The notes beneath the pieces are model-generated. The model saw nothing but the letters and a program-made list of their open reading frames with translations. It did no database searches and had not been told where the DNA came from. Below, piece after piece: positions 9,933-21,100 of a stretch of DNA of 46,390 bases. Origin of the DNA: Bacteroidota bacterium (GTDB lineage Bacteria > Bacteroidota > Rhodothermia > Rhodothermales > UBA10348). The stretch lies in NCBI GenBank assembly GCA_027620595.1, contig JAQCDI010000001.1:1-46390 (forward strand). Reading direction: 5' to 3'. Numbering within the stretch: position 1 is the first letter of the stretch; each line of letters opens with the position of its first letter. The translations under genes and the position numbers were made by a program.

Positions 9933-10103
9933 GACGGGAAACCTCAGAGCAGGATGGGGTTACGGGCGAACCGAATCTACGCGGCGCTGCAATGGATTTC
10001 CCACCCACAACCGGACGAACCTGCACCTTGTCACCATTCCATGCGTATGGTGGTGGGGCTTGAGCAAAGGCCCTAGATTGACGGTTCTCCTCCCCAACCC
10101 GAC

Positions 10104-11264
10104 ATGGCCCGCACTTCCAACCGATTCAAGAACGTCATCGACGACGCCTCACGCTATACCCAGAGCGTGCTCGACGATTTTTCGAAAGGCGAAATCCCGG
10201 ACTCCATCCGACGGGATTTCCGGGATACCTATGATTTCTATGTGACCGACGAGGAGCGTCGGCACCTGGCCGAGATGGGCAGGGTCAAGAAATCGCTATG
10301 GTCCACCTGGTACCTGGTCCGGGGACTGATCATGCGCCTCAGCCCGCCCCGCCGACTCATGGTACTCGTTGCGGTCATCCTGGCGTGGGGCGATGTGCTG
10401 GACGGAACGCAGGACACCTTCCTGGGCTTCATCGCCCTGTTCTTCGTCCTCGGGCTCGAGCTCAAGGACAAGACGATGGCCCGGGCCGAACTGCAGGAAG
10501 GACGCGCGGTGCAACTGGCCATCATGCCCGCCTCCATTCCCGAACTAGACGGCTGGGAAGTCTGGATCCACTCCACCCCGGCCAATGACGTGGGCGGGGA
10601 CCTGGTGGATCATCTGCGCATGGAGGACAACCGCCTGGCGCTGACCCTTGGCGATGTGGCCGGAAAAGGACTTCCTGCAGCGCTGATGGCTGCCAAGCTG
10701 CAGGCTACGCTGCGCGCCATTGCCCCGGACGAGGCGGAGCTGTCCCGGCGTGCCGCCAAACTCAACCGCATCATCCGCCGCGACGGATTGCCCAACCGGT
10801 TCATCTCCGTCCTGCACGCAGAAATCCATCCGGATTCGCCGGTGGTGCGCTATATCAATGCCGGACATCATCCTCCCTTCCTGCTGCACGAGGACGGCCT
10901 GCGTGAGCTCGAGCGCGGCGACCCGGCCGTCGGTTTGAGCGTGGACTCCCGGTTCCGGGCCCATGAGACACTGATGCAGGAAAACGACCTGCTGGTCATC
11001 TACTCCGACGGCGTTACGGAAGCGCGCAACGAAATCGGTCGATTCTATTCGGACGAACGCTTCGAGGAACTCATCCGCCACTGCCACGGCATGTCGGCGA
11101 AGGCCGTTGGCGAGCGCATCCTGGATTCGGTGAGCGACTTCGTGCAAACCGCGCGGCAGAGTGACGACCTTTCCCTGATCATCTTCCGTCGCCTGCGCCC
11201 TGTGGATCCCCCGATCCATCGCACGGACGGTCCTGGTCCATCCACCTCACAGGAACCCGCATGA
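10104..11264 (+). CDS. PP2C-family serine phosphatase (SpoIIE/RsbU-like) with N-terminal membrane segment
   Basis: Motifs GGDLVDHL, LGDVAGKGLPAALMAAKL, YINAGHHPP and VIYSDGVTEA. Two hydrophobic helices precede the catalytic domain (RRLMVLVAVILAWGDVL, FLGFIALFFVLGL). Confidence 0.8.
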   Translation: MARTSNRFKNVIDDASRYTQSVLDDFSKGEIPDSIRRDFRDTYDFYVTDEERRHLAEMGRVKKSLWSTWYLVRGLIMRLSPPRRLMVLVAVILAWGDVLDGTQDTFLGFIALFFVLGLELKDKTMARAELQEGRAVQLAIMPASIPELDGWEVWIHSTPANDVGGDLVDHLRMEDNRLALTLGDVAGKGLPAALMAAKLQATLRAIAPDEAELSRRAAKLNRIIRRDGLPNRFISVLHAEIHPDSPVVRYINAGHHPPFLLHEDGLRELERGDPAVGLSVDSRFRAHETLMQENDLLVIYSDGVTEARNEIGRFYSDERFEELIRHCHGMSAKAVGERILDSVSDFVQTARQSDDLSLIIFRRLRPVDPPIHRTDGPGPSTSQEPA

Positions 11265-11671
11265 GCCAACGCACCCTGATCAGTTCCGGTGCCCCCTGGG
11301 AACCCCTCGTGGGGTATTCCAGGGCGGTCCGGACGGGCAACACCGTCCACGTCTCCGGCACCACAGCCGTCGGCGAGAACGGCATGCTGGTCGGCATCGG
11401 GGACGCCCATGCCCAGACCGTACAGATCCTGCACATCATCGGAAAGGCGCTGGAGGATGCCGGATCCTCCCTTCGCGACGTGGTCCGGACCCGCATCTAC
11501 GTAACGGATCTGGGCACCTGGGAAGCGGTCGGAAGGGCCCACGGGGCTGTTTTCGGGGATATCCGCCCCGCTTGCACGCTGGTTCAGGTGGCCGGACTCA
11601 TTGACCCCGACATGCTGGTCGAGATAGAGGCCGAAGCCGTGATTGGATCGGAGAAGCGCATCGGCAGCTGA
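11261..11671 (+). CDS. RidA/YjgF-family protein
   Basis: YSRAVRTGNTVHVSGT, RTRIYVTD, CTLVQVAGL and VEIEAEA are typical of the YjgF/RidA fold. ATGA overlap with the phosphatase gene. Confidence 0.85.
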   Translation: MSQRTLISSGAPWEPLVGYSRAVRTGNTVHVSGTTAVGENGMLVGIGDAHAQTVQILHIIGKALEDAGSSLRDVVRTRIYVTDLGTWEAVGRAHGAVFGDIRPACTLVQVAGLIDPDMLVEIEAEAVIGSEKRIGS

Positions 11672-11826
11672 CCATGGTTGATCAAATTCCGCTCAATTCC
11701 CGAATTCACGAACCTCGCGGATTGACCGTCCTGGAACGGTCGCCTATCTTATAGGTTGGTTCGAGCGCATTCCTGCGGGAAAGCGCCCCCGAGTCCTTCA
11801 GCATTCCCCGTTCCCGCTCCTTCCCC

Positions 11827-12804
11827 ATGGCCGAAAAACGAATGTATACCTTCGACAACGAGTCCTGCTCGTTTGTTGAAGTGGTGACGACCCCATGGGA
11901 TCGCGTCAGGAAGTTCAGTTGGCTGGCCGTTGCGGCCCTGGTCATGGGAACTGCCGTCACGTTTGCGCTGGATCGGTTGGTAGATACGCCGGAGGAACTG
12001 GCCTTGATGGATGAGAACCGGGCCTTGCAGCAACAGCTGGCCTCCGTTGGAGATCGTCTTGACTCGTTCACCCAGGACCTCATGTCCATCCGTGAGACCG
12101 ACGAAGAGCTCTACCGCGTGCTCCTGAACGCCCAGGGAATCTCGGACGACGTGGCCCAGGTCGGTGTCGGGGGTACGAACCCCTACCCCGAGTTCAGCCG
12201 GTTCAGCGAACCCACCTCGCGGGTCCTGACCGAGAATGCTGAGAAAATTGACCGGCTCGAGCGCCTTCTCATGCTGCAGAGCTCCTCGTATCGCGAGCTC
12301 ACCGAACTGGCGGAAGAGCATCAGGTCCAGCTTCAGGAGATGCCGGCCATCCAGCCCGTCAACGGCCGTATCACCTCCGGTTTCGGCATCCGCTTCCATC
12401 CGGTCCTCAAGGTGCGCCGCATGCACCCTGGACTGGACTTCCACGCCCCTGTCGGCACACCCATCTACGCCACCGGCGACGGGGTGATCGAGGAAGCCAA
12501 ATCAGGGGGTGGCCTTGGGCGGTACGTCAAGATCCTGCACGAAACGGCCGGATACGTGACCGTCTATGCCCACATGTCCAAGATTGCACCAGGACTGCGG
12601 GCCGGCAAATCCATCAAGCGCGGAGACCTGATCGGGTACAGCGGCAACACCGGCCTCTCGGAGGCTCCCCATCTTCATTACGAGGTCCGGGACCTTGCGG
12701 GCAACCAGCTCAATCCCATCCATTTCCTTGCCCCCTCGCTGACACCGGCCGAATACGAACGGCTGATGAGCGAGGCGGAGTCCACGACGTTCATCTTCGA
12801 TTGA
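11827..12804 (+). CDS. M23-family peptidoglycan metalloendopeptidase
   Basis: N-terminal TM anchor (FSWLAVAALVMGTAVTFAL), a coiled-coil region, and catalytic motifs HPGLDF and GNTGLSEAPHLHYEV. Confidence 0.85.
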   Translation: MAEKRMYTFDNESCSFVEVVTTPWDRVRKFSWLAVAALVMGTAVTFALDRLVDTPEELALMDENRALQQQLASVGDRLDSFTQDLMSIRETDEELYRVLLNAQGISDDVAQVGVGGTNPYPEFSRFSEPTSRVLTENAEKIDRLERLLMLQSSSYRELTELAEEHQVQLQEMPAIQPVNGRITSGFGIRFHPVLKVRRMHPGLDFHAPVGTPIYATGDGVIEEAKSGGGLGRYVKILHETAGYVTVYAHMSKIAPGLRAGKSIKRGDLIGYSGNTGLSEAPHLHYEVRDLAGNQLNPIHFLAPSLTPAEYERLMSEAESTTFIFD

Positions 12805-12932
12805 TCGGCAGGAAACCCGATTCCGGAGATCGCGTTCGGGACGCGCTTGCGGTCTGATTTTCCCTCCTTGCATCTTTGTGGGGCAGCACCTATCGTCCGA
12901 CCAACGGGCAACGATTAATCCAACTGTGTTCC

Positions 12933-13151
12933 ATGTACTGGACTCTTGAATTGGCATCTTATCTGGAAGATGCACCATGGCCTGCCACGCGGCTGGAGTT
13001 GATTGATTATGCTGAACGCACGGGCGCACCCATGGAGGTCACGGATAATCTCCGCGCCATGGAAGATGACGGCGAACCGTACGAAAGCATCGAAGAAGTG
13101 TGGCCGGACTTCCCTACGAAGGACGACGACTTCTATTACGAGGACGAATAG
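12933..13151 (+). CDS. DUF2795-like small protein
   Basis: LASYLEDAPWPATRLELIDYAERTGAPMEVTDNLRAME resembles the DUF2795 helical hairpin. Acidic tail. ATG at 12933 preferred over TTG at 12876. Confidence 0.6.
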   Translation: MYWTLELASYLEDAPWPATRLELIDYAERTGAPMEVTDNLRAMEDDGEPYESIEEVWPDFPTKDDDFYYEDE

Positions 13152-15600
13152 TCCCCTTTCTTCTCCCGGTCGCCGCCTGGCCCTTTCCTGTCTCCTCCTG
13201 CTGTGTCTGTTGACCCCCCGGGGATCATCGGCCCAGGTTCCCCCCGTACCCGACAGTCTGTTGGTATGGGAAGTAGGCTTTTCCGGCAATGCGTTCTTCG
13301 GCGACGAGGAGTTGTCGCTCTATATCCGAACGCGCCGGAATCGGCGCATGGTCGGCATCCCGGGCTTCACCTGGTGGCGGTGGCTCTACCAGTTCGGCTC
13401 CAGTACCCTGGACGGATCCGCTGTCGGGCGCGTTTTCATGCGGGCGGGCGAACCTCCGGCCCTGCTTGACGGCTCCATCCTCGAGAACGACGTGGAGCAA
13501 CTGCGGTTGTTCTATCTGCGCGAGGGGTTCCGTCGGGCCCAGGTGCTCCCGGTCGTGACCCGCGTTTCCTTCGGCGAGCGTGTGCGCGTTGAGTTCCGGA
13601 TTGCGGAGGGCGAACCGACCACCATCCGCTCCTTCCGCTATCATGGGCTCGATGAACTGACGAGTGAAGAGCGGGCGGCCATTCGTGCATCCTCCTTCAT
13701 TCCGGGTGGATCCATGGCGGCGCCCGACTCCCTGGTTTGGCACCCCGAAGGCTTGCGGTATTCCGAGCCGCTGCTGGTCGAAGAGCGGCAGCGGCTCATT
13801 GCATGGCTTCGGGACCGCGGATTTGCCGATGTGAACCGCAACGCGATCCATGCGGTGGTCTACCCGATCCATTCGGACTCTTTCGACGTGACGCTGGCGG
13901 TCGAGCTGGGACCGCGATATCGCTTCGGCGATGTCGAGTACCGGGTGTCGGGCCCGCAGACAGCCGCCGCGGCCCGTGCCGATTCGACCGCCTTGGCCTC
14001 CTCCGAGCCTGATCAGGAAGGCGGCTGGCTGCGGGCCCGATTCACCGCCGAACGGCGCCTGGACTTCTCGCTCCTTGAGCGAACACTGCAGTTCCGACCG
14101 GGAGACCAGTTCAACCAGAGCCGACTGCTGGCCACGAAGCGTCGCCTGGATGCCACGGGTGTGTTTGCCTTTTCGGACATCGAGGATGCCGTGCCGGATA
14201 CGATGGCCGACGGGGCCATCCGACTGGACCACCATATTGACCTCCGGACCCGCGTCCGCCACCAGGTCCGGTTCGAGACCTTCATGCAGCAACGCACGGG
14301 CGCGCTGGCCGACACGGACAACGAACTCGGCATGGGACTCGGGGTCACCTACGCCAACCTGAATGCCTTCGGCGGCGGCGAGGCCCTCACGGTCAGCAGC
14401 AAGGGCAGCATATCGGCCGACATTGCGGGACTCGGCGGATTCACGTCGGCGCAGTGGGAGAACAGTGTCGGTTTGACCTACCCCTACCTGACGTTCCCGC
14501 TCGGTAGCCTGGACCGGCTTTCGTCCCTCTATGACGCCCGCAGTCAGATCACACTCACGCTTTTGGCGGCCCGGCGGGACGCCCTGCGCCTGACCCTGCG
14601 TGGACGCGGTGCTGCCCGCTACCGGTTCGAGCTGCGCCACACCGAGTCCCTGGCTTCGATCATCGACCTGGTGGATCTGAGCGTCACCAACCCGGACACC
14701 CTATCGGGCTTCAAGAGCATTTTCCTCGACGACATCCTGACCACGGTGGACGACCCTGTGCAACAGGCCCAGATCATCGAGGATTACACCCGCCCGCAGT
14801 TCAACAACGCCATCCGCTACACCCTGCGCAAGTCCACGGCCGACCCCTTCCGCCGCAGCAACGGAACCATCCGGGAAGCCTCATTCGAGGTGGGCGGCAA
14901 CCTCGGACGCCTGCTTGACGGATGGGTCTTCTCTCCCGGTACCGTGGACGGTACGATTCCTGGTTTCGGCGTTTTCAGCGGCAGCGGCACGAACCGGGGT
15001 ATGATCTATCGGCAGTACGTCCGCTTCTCGGCCGATGTGCGTCGGTACCATCCTTTGACCGGTCGCAGTGTGCTGGCCTGGAAAGTGATCGTGGGCATGG
15101 CGCAGCCCCTGGGCGATGCCGACGTGGTGCCTTTCGACCGGCGTTTCTACACCGGCGGTGCCAGCTCGATACGCGCCTGGCGTCTGCGCGAATTGGGACC
15201 GGGTGGCGCCACCTTCACCAGTTCGGCCGACTCCCTCGTGGCCGATGGGGGATCCAACATCCTCGGTGGCGACATCAAACTGGAAACGTCGGTCGAGCTG
15301 CGCACGATTGCCATCCGCAAGCTCCTGGAAGCCGACTGGATTTTCACCCTGTTCGCCGACGCCGGAAACGTCTGGCTCGGGCCGCGCAACCCGGGAACCG
15401 ATGATGGACATTTCCGCCTGGACTCCTTCGCCGGAGATCTGGGCGTTGGTGCCGGCTTCGGATTGAGGCTGGCCTGGGATTATCTGATCGTCCGCCTCGA
15501 TGCGGCGTACAAGGTCCACGACCCCCGTCGTCGGGGTGAATTCATGCCGGACGGTTTCGGCAACCCCATCCTCCAATTCGGCATCGGACACACGTTCTGA
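13066..15600 (+). CDS. BamA/TamA-family outer-membrane beta-barrel protein (POTRA plus surface-antigen D15-type barrel)
   Basis: Signal peptide LALSCLLLLCLLTPRGSSAQ, POTRA-like repeats (e.g. FRIAEGEPTTIRSFRYHGL), and a C-terminal barrel with alternating hydrophobic strands ending LQFGIGHTF. The start codon is not resolved (see findings). 13066 is the nearest in-frame ATG upstream of the signal peptide. Confidence 0.75.
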   Translation: MTANRTKASKKCGRTSLRRTTTSITRTNSPLSSPGRRLALSCLLLLCLLTPRGSSAQVPPVPDSLLVWEVGFSGNAFFGDEELSLYIRTRRNRRMVGIPGFTWWRWLYQFGSSTLDGSAVGRVFMRAGEPPALLDGSILENDVEQLRLFYLREGFRRAQVLPVVTRVSFGERVRVEFRIAEGEPTTIRSFRYHGLDELTSEERAAIRASSFIPGGSMAAPDSLVWHPEGLRYSEPLLVEERQRLIAWLRDRGFADVNRNAIHAVVYPIHSDSFDVTLAVELGPRYRFGDVEYRVSGPQTAAAARADSTALASSEPDQEGGWLRARFTAERRLDFSLLERTLQFRPGDQFNQSRLLATKRRLDATGVFAFSDIEDAVPDTMADGAIRLDHHIDLRTRVRHQVRFETFMQQRTGALADTDNELGMGLGVTYANLNAFGGGEALTVSSKGSISADIAGLGGFTSAQWENSVGLTYPYLTFPLGSLDRLSSLYDARSQITLTLLAARRDALRLTLRGRGAARYRFELRHTESLASIIDLVDLSVTNPDTLSGFKSIFLDDILTTVDDPVQQAQIIEDYTRPQFNNAIRYTLRKSTADPFRRSNGTIREASFEVGGNLGRLLDGWVFSPGTVDGTIPGFGVFSGSGTNRGMIYRQYVRFSADVRRYHPLTGRSVLAWKVIVGMAQPLGDADVVPFDRRFYTGGASSIRAWRLRELGPGGATFTSSADSLVADGGSNILGGDIKLETSVELRTIAIRKLLEADWIFTLFADAGNVWLGPRNPGTDDGHFRLDSFAGDLGVGAGFGLRLAWDYLIVRLDAAYKVHDPRRRGEFMPDGFGNPILQFGIGHTF

Positions 15601-15622
15601 CGCCTACAAGACTGGTTCTTCC

Positions 15623-17026
15623 GTGAAGAAAGGCTCGATCCTCACCCTCGACATCGAAAAGTTTGCCGACCGTGGCAAATCCCTGACCCGCCTCGACGGA
15701 TACGTGGTATTCGTGCCCGGAGCCGTCCCCGGGGACCGCGTCAAGGCCCGCGTGTACCGCAAGCGCAAGAAGTTTGCCGAAGCGGCCCTGCTGGAGGTCC
15801 TGGATCCGTCCCCCCTCCGGACAACACCCAAGTGCCGCTATTTCGGTACCTGTGGCGGGTGCAAGTGGCAGCACGTGGACTACCAGGCCCAGCTCGAGGC
15901 AAAGACCCAGTCCGTCCGTGAATCCTTTGTCCATGCCGGCGGTCGGCCCGAGGTCCAGGTCCTGCCGGCCCTTGGCGCTGAGGACATCTACTACTACCGC
16001 AACAAGATGGAATTCAGCTTCAGCACCGGGCGCTGGCTGACCCCCGACGAGATCCAGTCCGGAGAAACCTTTGATACCTCCTTTGCGCTCGGCCTGCACG
16101 TGCCCGGCAACTTTGCCAAGGTCCTCGACCTGCAGGAGTGCCACCTGCAGTCGGAATGGAGCGCCTCGTTCGTCAATGCCCTCCGCTCCTTTTCAAAGGC
16201 GCAGGAGTGGTCGGCGTGGGAGCCCCGCAAGCACACCGGCTACCTGCGCCACATGGTAATCCGGCAGGCCACCCATACCGACGAGATCATGGTCAACCTG
16301 GTGACGAGTTACCATGACGAAGGTCGGATGGCCGCGTTCGCTGCGTGGGTGGAGGAGACGGCCCCCGGCGTGACCACGCTGGTCAATACGATCAACTCAG
16401 GCGTGGCGCAGACCGCCTTCGGCGAGGAGATCCATGTGGTTTTCGGCCCCGGCGTCATCCACGATCGGATCGGTAAGCACACCTTCGAGATTGCTTCAAA
16501 CGCCTTCTTCCAGACCAATACCCGCCAGGCCGAGCGGCTCTACAGCGTGGCTGCCACCTATGCCGAGCTGACCCCGAACGACCTCGTCTATGACCTCTAC
16601 TGTGGTGCCGGCACGATTTCGCTGTTCGTGGCCCCCGAGGTCAAGCACGTCGTGGGTGTGGAGCTCGTCGAGGAGGCCGTGGCCAATGCCCGCCGCAACG
16701 CAGCAGCCAACAGTATCGAGAATGTGACGTTCGAGACCGGGGACATGCTCAAGCTCTTCACGCCGGATTTTGTCCGCACGCATGGTCGTCCCGACGTCCT
16801 CATCGTGGATCCTCCGCGTGCGGGCCTGCACCCCAAGGTCGTGCGACAGATCGGTGAACTGGCTCCGGAGCGGTTCGTGTACGTGTCCTGCAACCCCCAG
16901 TCACAGGCCAAGGACCTCTCCTACCTGGCCGAGGTCTATGACGTGCAGGAGGTGCAACCTGTGGACCTCTTCCCACACACCCACCACATCGAATCCGTGG
17001 CCAAACTGCGCAAGCGTAAAGCATGA
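15623..17026 (+). CDS. rlmD: 23S rRNA (uracil-C5)-methyltransferase, RlmD/RumA family
   Basis: TRAM domain (GSILTLDIEKFADRGKSLTRLDGYVVFVPGAVPGDRVKARV), Fe-S Cys cluster CRYFGTCGGCKWQH, SAM motif DLYCGAGTISL, and catalytic SCNP. GTG 15623 chosen because the longer ORF (from 15500) overlaps the OMP gene. Confidence 0.85.
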   Translation: MKKGSILTLDIEKFADRGKSLTRLDGYVVFVPGAVPGDRVKARVYRKRKKFAEAALLEVLDPSPLRTTPKCRYFGTCGGCKWQHVDYQAQLEAKTQSVRESFVHAGGRPEVQVLPALGAEDIYYYRNKMEFSFSTGRWLTPDEIQSGETFDTSFALGLHVPGNFAKVLDLQECHLQSEWSASFVNALRSFSKAQEWSAWEPRKHTGYLRHMVIRQATHTDEIMVNLVTSYHDEGRMAAFAAWVEETAPGVTTLVNTINSGVAQTAFGEEIHVVFGPGVIHDRIGKHTFEIASNAFFQTNTRQAERLYSVAATYAELTPNDLVYDLYCGAGTISLFVAPEVKHVVGVELVEEAVANARRNAAANSIENVTFETGDMLKLFTPDFVRTHGRPDVLIVDPPRAGLHPKVVRQIGELAPERFVYVSCNPQSQAKDLSYLAEVYDVQEVQPVDLFPHTHHIESVAKLRKRKA

Positions 17027-18036
17027 GCGTAGTCGAGGGGCATACGGTTGCGGACTGGAACGGGCGAACCGTATTCGTCACCGGCGGCACCGGTTTCGTG
17101 GGCAGTCACCTGGTGGACGCCCTGTTGGCTGCCGGTGCCCGCGTCCGGGCGCTCGTCAGGCAGGACCCCAAGTGGCTGGCCGATCGGCCCGTCGAGTTCG
17201 TGGAGGGGTCGCTCCTGGACCCCGCCGCATTGAAGCGGGGTGTGGATGGCGTGGACGTCGTTTTCCACATGGCTGGCCGCACGCGGGCCACGGAGAGGGA
17301 CGCCTTCCGCCGGGACAACGTGACCGGCACGCTGCACCTCATGCAGGCCGTTGCCGATGCCCGCTACGTGGCCCGCACGGTGGTGGCCTCAAGCCTGGCC
17401 GCTGTGGGTCGGGGTGGGAGCGGCATCGTGGACGAAGCCGTCCCGCTCCATCCCGTGAGTGACTATGGCTGGTCCAAAGCCGAAATGGAGCGGGAGCTGG
17501 ACGTCTGGACCGGACGCATCCCCCTGACCATCGTGCGACCTCCCGCGGTCTACGGCCCCCGGGAGACCGACATCCTGACCTTCTTCCAGTCCGTAGCCAA
17601 GGGCGTCTGCCCCATCGTCGGGGACGGATCCGTGCCAAGCCTGAGTTTGGTCCACGTGGACGATCTGGTACGGGGATGCCTTCAAGTGGCTGATGCAGCG
17701 GCGGCCGAGGGCCGCACGTATTTCCTCGGAGGACCCACGCAGGCCTCCTGGTACGCCATCCGGGATGCCGCCGCCGCGGCCCTCGGCCGCCGCGTGCTGA
17801 CCCTTCCCATCCCCCGGGCCATCATCCCTGCCGTCGGCGCCATCAGCGAGTTCGGTGGACGACTCTTCGGGTCCTATCCCCCGCTCAATCGCGAAAAGGC
17901 CCGCGAAATCCTGGAAGCAGCGCTCATGTGCCACAGTGACCGGGCCGCTGGGGATTTCGGCTACGCACCGTCGGTTTCCGTCGAAGACGGGGTTCGCCAG
18001 ACCATCCTCTGGTACCGCGAACGCGGCTGGCTCTGA
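17023..18036 (+). CDS. NAD-dependent epimerase/dehydratase (extended SDR)
   Basis: VTGGTGFVGSHLV Rossmann motif and YGWSK (YxxxK). ATGA overlap with rlmD. Confidence 0.8.
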   Translation: MSVVEGHTVADWNGRTVFVTGGTGFVGSHLVDALLAAGARVRALVRQDPKWLADRPVEFVEGSLLDPAALKRGVDGVDVVFHMAGRTRATERDAFRRDNVTGTLHLMQAVADARYVARTVVASSLAAVGRGGSGIVDEAVPLHPVSDYGWSKAEMERELDVWTGRIPLTIVRPPAVYGPRETDILTFFQSVAKGVCPIVGDGSVPSLSLVHVDDLVRGCLQVADAAAAEGRTYFLGGPTQASWYAIRDAAAAALGRRVLTLPIPRAIIPAVGAISEFGGRLFGSYPPLNREKAREILEAALMCHSDRAAGDFGYAPSVSVEDGVRQTILWYRERGWL

Positions 18037-18174
18037 CTTGGCTGGATTCGGAAGCAGTTTGAAACCCCTGCGAATTGCCCTCCAAGCGGTTCGCCCCCGA
18101 ATCCTCCGGTCCGACGGTTCGTTGATGCCGTGTCCTGAATTGCGCCCTTTTCCCATCATCACCCGGCCACTCCC

Positions 18175-21100
18175 TTGACGTCGCTCGGATTCAACACCGG
18201 CTATATCGAAGAACTCTACCGCCAATACCTCCAGGATCCGGAGAGTGTAGGCGAGAACTGGAAGGAGTTCTTCCTGGATTTCCAGCCCGACGACGGTTTC
18301 GTGGCCCCCGCTCCGGAACCGACTTCGCCCGCTCCCCGCGCTGGAGCTGCGGCTCCGGCAGCCGGGCCTCAGGAAGACACGACGGCGTGGGCCGAGGAAT
18401 CCATCATCCGTGGACCCGGCGCCAAGATCGTCGAGAACATGGAGGCCAGCCTGGGTGTGCCGACGGCCACTTCGGTTCGCACCGTGCCGGTCAAGCTCAT
18501 GGCCGAGAACCGGGCCTTGATCAACGACCATCAGCGGCATGTCGGGGGCCACAAGGTGTCCTTCACCCACCTGATTGCCTGGGCCATCGTCAAGGCGCTC
18601 AAGGAGTACCCCTCCATGAACACGACGTACCGTCGGGTGGAGGAGGATCACATCCACGTCGTACCCCACGACGTGAATCTGGGCCTGGCCATCGACATGG
18701 AGCGTCGCGGCAAGCGTACCCTCCTCGTGCCCAATATCAAGGCCGCCCAGACGCTCAACTTTGCACAGCTGCTCGGCGCCTACAACGACCTGATCCGGCG
18801 CGCCCGGGACAACAAGCTCGAGATCGAGGATTTTGCCCGGACCACGGCATCCCTGACCAACCCTGGCATGATCGGCACGAACCTGAGTGTGCCGCGCCTC
18901 ATGCCCGGCCAGGGTGTCATTGTCGGCGTAGGCTCCATCGGCTACCCGGCCGAGTACTATGCCGTGCCGCAGGAGGCCATCGACCAGACCGGCATTTCGC
19001 AGGTGATGACCATTACCTCGACCTACGACCACCGGGTCATCCAGGGCGCTGAGAGCGGTGCATTCCTGGCCTGGGTCGACCAGTTGCTGCGCGGAAACCA
19101 CGGGTTCTACCAGGAAATCTTCCGGGACCTGAACATTGCCTTCCAGCCCTGGACCCTGTCCGAGGACTCCACGACGCGCGTCGGCGTACGCTCGCGCAGT
19201 GCCAAGCAGGAAGCCGTCCGCAAGGCCGCGTCCGTCCTGCAGCTGATCCGGGCCTACCGCGTGCGCGGCCACCTGCAGGCCGACGTAAATCCCCTCGGTC
19301 ATGAATGGGAGCCGCATCCTGAGCTGGACCCGGCCACCTACGGCCTGACGATCTGGGACCTGGACCGCGAATTCCCGACCGGCGGTCTGGGCGGCCAGGA
19401 TATGCTGCCGCTTCGCGACATCCTGGACATCCTTCGCCGAACGTACACCCGCAAGATCGGAATCGAGTTCATGCACATCTCCTCCCCCGAGGAGAAGCGC
19501 TGGCTCACGGACCGCATCGAGCCGAGCGACAGCGAATACACGGTCGATGCTGAGTCCATGCATCGCATGCTGCAGAAGCTCAACGCGGCCGAGGCCTTCG
19601 AGACGTTCCTGCACACCAAGTATATCGGTCACAAGCGCTTCTCCCTGGAAGGATCGGAGACCGTGATCCCGATGCTGGACCGCATTCTTTCGGACGCGGC
19701 GGAAAAAGGCGTGAGCCAGGTGGTCATGGGCATGGCCCATCGCGGCCGACTCAACGTCCTTGCCAACATCATGAACAAGCCCTACGAGGTCATCTTCTCG
19801 GAGTTCGAGGGCAATATCGACCCCAATACGACGCAGGGTTCGGGGGACGTGAAGTACCACCTCGGATCCACCGGCAAACATGTGGCACCGGGCGGCCAGG
19901 AAGTAACCATCTCCCTGGCATCCAACCCCAGCCATCTGGAGGCCGTCAATCCGGTCGTCGAGGGTATGGTGCGCGCCAAACAGGAAGCCCGCCGACATGA
20001 ACCCGACAATCCGGACGGAGACTTCCAGGACTCGGTGATCCCGATCCTGATCCACGGGGACGCGGCCTTTGCCGGGCAGGGTGTCGTGGCCGAAACCCTG
20101 CACATGAGCCAGCTGCCGGGATACCACACCGGCGGTACGATCCACGTGGTGATCAACAACCAGATCGGTTTCACGACCGGTCCGGAAGCGGCGCGCAGCT
20201 CCCACTATGCCACGGACAGCGCCCGCATGATCCAGGCTCCGGTCTTCCACGTCAACGGGGACGATCCCGAGGCCTGTGTCCGGGTGGCCCGCCTGGCGCT
20301 GGAATACCGGCAGGCGTTCAACAAGGATGTGGTGATCGATGTCCTCTCCTACCGCGTGCGGGGACACAACGAGGGAGACGAACCGACCTATACGCAGCCG
20401 ACGCTCTACAAGAAAATCGAAGCCAAGCGCTCACCCCGGAAGCTCTACACCGAGCTCCTGCTGCGCCGTGGAGACATGCAGCCAGAGGAAGCCGAGCAGA
20501 TGCTCGAAGACTACCGCGGCCGACTCCAGGAAGCTTTCGACCGCACGAAGGAGCTGGTCGAGCGCAAGGCGCCGACCGAGGCTGAGCTGCTGCGCAAGCG
20601 GGAGCCCGAGCCGTTGCCGGTGGTCGACACACGCGCGCCCGCCCAGGATATGCGCGATGTCGTTAAGGCGCTGAACAACCTGCCGGCCGACTTCCAGGTG
20701 CATCCGAAACTCGAGCGGCAGTTCTCCCGGCGGGAGAAGCTCTTCGACGAGGAGAAGCGCATCGACTGGGGATTTGCAGAAGCCCTGGCCTTCGGCTCCA
20801 TCCTGCTCGACGGCAAGCGCGTCCGCGTGAGCGGCCAGGACTCCCGCCGCGGCACGTTCAGCCACCGGCATGCAGTCCTCTACGATCAGGAAACCGGCGC
20901 CCAGTACATCCCGCTGAATCACATCCGGGACGGTCAGGAGAGCCTGTTCATCTACGATTCTCTCCTCTCCGAGTATGCTGTCTGCGGTTTCGAATACGGA
21001 TATTCCGTGGCCAATCCGCAGGCGCTGGTCATCTGGGAAGCCCAGTTCGGTGACTTTGCCAACGGCGCCCAGATCGTATACGACCAGTTCCTGTCGGCCG

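Noticed and set aside
13225-14640. 471-aa minus-strand ORF; also 20431..21861, 476 aa
   Set aside because: Both are antisense to well-supported genes (BamA-like and odhA) and lack any family signature.
17389-20367. 992-aa ORF on the minus strand, the longest unexplained ORF in the track
   Set aside because: It lies entirely antisense to the strongly supported SDR and odhA genes. Its translation is Arg/Gly/His/Val/Asp-rich low complexity with no recognisable motif. This is a typical shadow ORF of a high-GC coding region, where stop codons are rare in the antisense frame.
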